DNA of 64,000 bases. Source: Thiothrix sp. (GTDB lineage Bacteria > Pseudomonadota > Gammaproteobacteria > Thiotrichales > Thiotrichaceae). Shown here piece after piece: positions 61,070-64,000 of the stretch; positions within the stretch are counted from its first letter, which is position 1; the number at the start of each line of letters is the position of its first letter. The notes under the pieces were generated by a model, which saw only the letters and a program-made list of their open reading frames with translations, was not told where the DNA came from and did not search any database. Made by a program: the position numbers and the translations under genes. The stretch is from positions 5,149 to 69,148 of the forward strand of contig NZ_JAQTLS010000016.1 in NCBI RefSeq assembly GCF_028714775.1, given 5' to 3'.

Positions 61070-61621
61070 GTGAAAAAACTTGCGCTCTTCTTTATTGCCC
61101 TGCTCCTGCTTGGTTGCCAAAAGGAATTGACCAACCAGCAGAAAAAACTTCAAGCCAAACTGCCACCCGATGCCGAATTCAGCGCTGATGGCACATTGCT
61201 CGCGCAAGGCCGTGTGGTGCATGTCGCGGATGGCGATACCCTGACCGTGCTTGCCAGCAACCAACAGGAATTCAAAATCCGCTTGCAAGGCATTGATTCC
61301 CCCGAACGTGGACAACCCTTCGGCAAGCAATGCAAACAGCAACTCATTGGCATGGCAGCCAACCAAACGGCAAGCGTGGAAGCCTACAAACAGGACAAAT
61401 ACGGGCGCGTGGTCGCCAAAGTCAGCGTCAATGGCAAAGATGTGGGGCTGGAACAATTACGGGCGGGTTGCGCTTGGCATTACACCGCTTACGCCAAGGA
61501 ACAAAGCCCATCTGACCGCAGTGCTTATGCCACCGCCGAACAACAAGCTCGCGCATCCAACATCGGGCTATGGCAAGACCCATCGCCGGTCGCACCGTGG
61601 GATTACCGTCATGCAAAATAA
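61070..61621 (+). CDS. Thermonuclease (SNase-like) lipoprotein
   Basis: GTG start at 61070 giving VKKLALFFIALLLLGC (lipobox). SNase core VADGDTLTV...IRLQGIDSPE...DKYGRVVAKV... Confidence 0.8.
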   Translation: MKKLALFFIALLLLGCQKELTNQQKKLQAKLPPDAEFSADGTLLAQGRVVHVADGDTLTVLASNQQEFKIRLQGIDSPERGQPFGKQCKQQLIGMAANQTASVEAYKQDKYGRVVAKVSVNGKDVGLEQLRAGCAWHYTAYAKEQSPSDRSAYATAEQQARASNIGLWQDPSPVAPWDYRHAK

Positions 61622-61704
61622 CCGTTTATTCCTTTCATCCTGCAAGTTTGCCGGTTCCCGCCTATGCTTGTTAGCAAAGCTATTGCGATAAAGAGAATAA
61701 CATC

Positions 61705-63795
61705 ATGGAAGAAAAATCCTCGCTACCACTGGTTCTGGCAGGCCCGATCTTGCGGCGGGTCACAGACCAAAGCGTTACTGTATGGCTGGCAAGCAGCCAA
61801 CCCCTATCCTTAACACTGCGCGTCTACGATTCAAACGGGGAGCAAGTCGGTTGTTCTATTCCCCCTGATTCACCAGACCCACGCATTATGGAGCCGCCTA
61901 AATCACGCCAACACATGGTTTCATTGGGGGATAACCTCCATATCACGCTATTGGAAGCCCGCTCCGATCGCGGGGGGGACAACCCGTTCCCCTGCGGCAA
62001 ATTACTGACCTACAGCCTGTTTAACGATGACGGGCAAGAATTGCCTGAAATAGCCGACGTATGCCTTGCGGGGGAAAGCCGCCCCGGTTTTTACATCGCC
62101 AACGAATTGCGGATGCTGGCGTATGGCTCTTGCCGCAAACCGCACGGCCCCTCTTTCGATGACCAAGAAAATATCCAGCAGAAAGACTCCCTTGCCCTGC
62201 TCGCCGAACACTTGGCAGAGAATGTACACACGCTGGATAATCGCCCCTCCCACCTGTTTTTGGTCGGCGACCAAATTTACGCGGATGAAATCATCGAACC
62301 CGTGATGGATTACCTGCAAAAACTCGCGGTACAATTAATCGGCAAAGACATTGCCCTACCCTGCGGCGCAAAACCGGGCAAGCTTTCATCGGAAGAACGC
62401 ACGCAATTAAAGAAAGACTGTGGGTTAACGTCTGACTGCACTGACATGCATTTGATTGGCTTTGGCGAATTCGCCGCCATGTATTTGCTGATGTTGGGCA
62501 ACCGCATCAACTTCACTGTCCCGGATAATGCCCCGGACACGCCAGCAATACAAAGCCTGCGCCATTTCCTTGCTAGCCAACCGCAAGTGCGCAAAACCTT
62601 TGCCAATATCCCCACTTACATGATGTTCGATGACCACGATGTCACCGATGACTGGAATTTGAACCGCAGTTGGTACAATCAGGTACACAGCAGCATTTCG
62701 GGAAGCCGCGTGGTTTCAAATGCCCTCGCCGCCCTGTGGGCATTCCAAGCTTGGGGCAATGAACCGGCACACTTCCCGCAGGATTTTATCGACACCATCC
62801 AAGAACACCTGATCGTGCCTGAGCGGGCAGATGCCGCTAAACATTACGACTTTACCCTACGCCAATTCCACCACTGGAGTTTTATCCTGCCCACCACGCC
62901 GCCGATCTTCGTGTTGGATTGCCGCACCCAGCGTGATTTTGGGACATTCAATTCCCCACCCAAACTCCTCGACCGCTACGCAATGGATGCCTTGCATGAA
63001 GCGTGGTTCAAACTGAAAGCACAAAGCAACCAAGATACGACTGTCCCGATTTTCATTACCGGAACGCCCGTCTTCGGCTTTTCTGTCATTGAAGGCGTGC
63101 AGCAATTTGCCTACCGCATGGGATTCCTGTTCGGCGTTTCCAGCGGAATGCTCAGCCCCAGCCGTTTGGACATTGAAAGCTGGATCGCCAATGGGCAAGG
63201 GTTTTCCACTTTCCTCAATACCATCCGCCGGGGTCTGGGGTATAAGAAAGCCACCTTCATCGCCGGGGATGTGCATTATTCCTTCGCCAACCACGCCACT
63301 TACACTTGTCAGACCGAACCTGAACCCCTGCACCTTGAATGCCTGCAACTGACCAGCAGTGCCTTGCGCAATACCCCGGAAACAGGCCGCGCCTTGGAAA
63401 CTTTCCTTGCCAATGACATAACCAAGGTACGGCGCGGGCATAGCAAACTGGAAAGCTTGCAGTGGTGGTATCGCATTTTCTTCTGGCGTTTCCTGAAAAA
63501 GGATACGTGGAAAATCGAAGTCACTGGCATCCCCGGCAAAGCACAGCACCCGCGCCCCAAGCCGACCTTCAAAGCGTGGTGGGAACCGATGGTCGCGGCG
63601 TTGTTGAATACCACGTGGCAATGGCTGGAAAAGCGTGATGGCAAACCCCGTACTGACCCCAACACCTATTGGATTACCTGCCGCCCGAATGTCGGCTTGG
63701 TGTATTTACAAAATGGGGAAGTCACCAAACAGGTGTTATTGTCCGGCGATGGGCGGGACAATACGCTGACGTATGAGATCGGCAAGCAAGCCTGA
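61705..63795 (+). CDS. PhoD-like metallophosphatase-family protein (hypothetical function)
   Basis: FLVGDQIYADE, MFDDHDVTDDWN, ITGTPVFG and IAGDVHYSF resemble PhoD/calcineurin-like metal-ligand blocks. No signal or Tat motif was seen. Confidence 0.5.
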   Translation: MEEKSSLPLVLAGPILRRVTDQSVTVWLASSQPLSLTLRVYDSNGEQVGCSIPPDSPDPRIMEPPKSRQHMVSLGDNLHITLLEARSDRGGDNPFPCGKLLTYSLFNDDGQELPEIADVCLAGESRPGFYIANELRMLAYGSCRKPHGPSFDDQENIQQKDSLALLAEHLAENVHTLDNRPSHLFLVGDQIYADEIIEPVMDYLQKLAVQLIGKDIALPCGAKPGKLSSEERTQLKKDCGLTSDCTDMHLIGFGEFAAMYLLMLGNRINFTVPDNAPDTPAIQSLRHFLASQPQVRKTFANIPTYMMFDDHDVTDDWNLNRSWYNQVHSSISGSRVVSNALAALWAFQAWGNEPAHFPQDFIDTIQEHLIVPERADAAKHYDFTLRQFHHWSFILPTTPPIFVLDCRTQRDFGTFNSPPKLLDRYAMDALHEAWFKLKAQSNQDTTVPIFITGTPVFGFSVIEGVQQFAYRMGFLFGVSSGMLSPSRLDIESWIANGQGFSTFLNTIRRGLGYKKATFIAGDVHYSFANHATYTCQTEPEPLHLECLQLTSSALRNTPETGRALETFLANDITKVRRGHSKLESLQWWYRIFFWRFLKKDTWKIEVTGIPGKAQHPRPKPTFKAWWEPMVAALLNTTWQWLEKRDGKPRTDPNTYWITCRPNVGLVYLQNGEVTKQVLLSGDGRDNTLTYEIGKQA

Positions 63796-63796
63796 G

Positions 63797-64000
63797 TTAC
63801 AGCACGGGCATCTTGGCCTTTTCCCCCGCCACTTCCCGCACCAGCTTTGGCACAAGGAACCCCGGCAGGCGTTTGCGCAGTGTTTCCAGCAAACGTACTG
63901 CCTCGGTTTCCGCCACTTCAAAATGTGCCGCACCTGCCACACGGTCGAGCAGGTGCAAGTAATACGGCATGACGCCGTGCGCAAACAGGCTTTCGCTCAA
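63797..64000 (-). CDS. epmB: EF-P beta-lysylation protein EpmB (lysine 2,3-aminomutase-like), C-terminal fragment; the gene continues beyond the window
   Basis: ...MPYYLHLLDRVAGAAHFEVAETEAVRLLETLRKRLPGFLVPKLVREVAGEKAKMPVL parallels the E. coli EpmB C-terminus (YYLHVLDKVQGAAHF...YLVPKLAREI). Confidence 0.8.
   Translation of the reverse strand: MSESLFAHGVMPYYLHLLDRVAGAAHFEVAETEAVRLLETLRKRLPGFLVPKLVREVAGEKAKMPVL

Overview
This is a 64-kb chromosomal segment with gammaproteobacterial gene content (hda, rpoS, cysZ, acnB, uvrC-pgsA, aroE, epmB). The taxon is inferred from gene content only, possibly a Thiotrichales-like organism. I count about 65 protein-coding genes on both strands and found no rRNA, tRNA, CRISPR array, transposase or integrase.

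Housekeeping blocks:
- yebE-like, hda, perM-like and a CDP-alcohol transferase.
- An OmpA lipoprotein, then alaC-like, hom and thrC.
- rpoS.
- An ECF sigma / DUF3619 / DUF3106 operon.
- ypfJ-like, a nitroreductase, cysZ and a NUDIX gene.
- A nearly complete TCA-cycle supercluster. acnB-gltA-sucD-sucC-lpdA-sucB-zapE-sucA lie on the minus strand, divergent from gntR-sdhCDAB-sdhE on the plus strand. Seven copies of a TTGTCGACAT-type palindrome sit in its two control regions.
- A rhodanese, an OmpA/repeat-protein envelope cluster, pgsA-uvrC, a UPF0175/DUF3368 toxin-antitoxin pair, a GT2-type glycosylation pair, aroE, a thermonuclease, a PhoD-like phosphatase and a partial epmB.
- Two secreted cellulases, GH9 and a GH5 with five tandem C-terminal domains.

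The stand-out is a visibly lower-GC accessory stretch at about 21.2-30.3 kb. It holds a four-gene operon. The first gene encodes an 822-aa protein with ricin-lectin, beta/gamma-crystallin, fascin-like and second ricin-lectin domains and no signal peptide. That protein ends in a ~170-aa tail with 27 cysteines held in a strict 5-residue register (C-G-A-D/A-A units). A hairpin plus U-tract follows the gene. Downstream come a radical-SAM/SPASM enzyme, a B12-domain radical-SAM enzyme with a Cx7Cx2C cluster motif, and a small TM + PH-like protein; these three are linked by ATGA overlaps. I read this as a candidate undescribed RiPP-like protein-maturation system in which the substrate core is fused to a large folded lectin rather than to a short leader.

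All calls rest on reading the translations and the DNA by eye. No database search was run.
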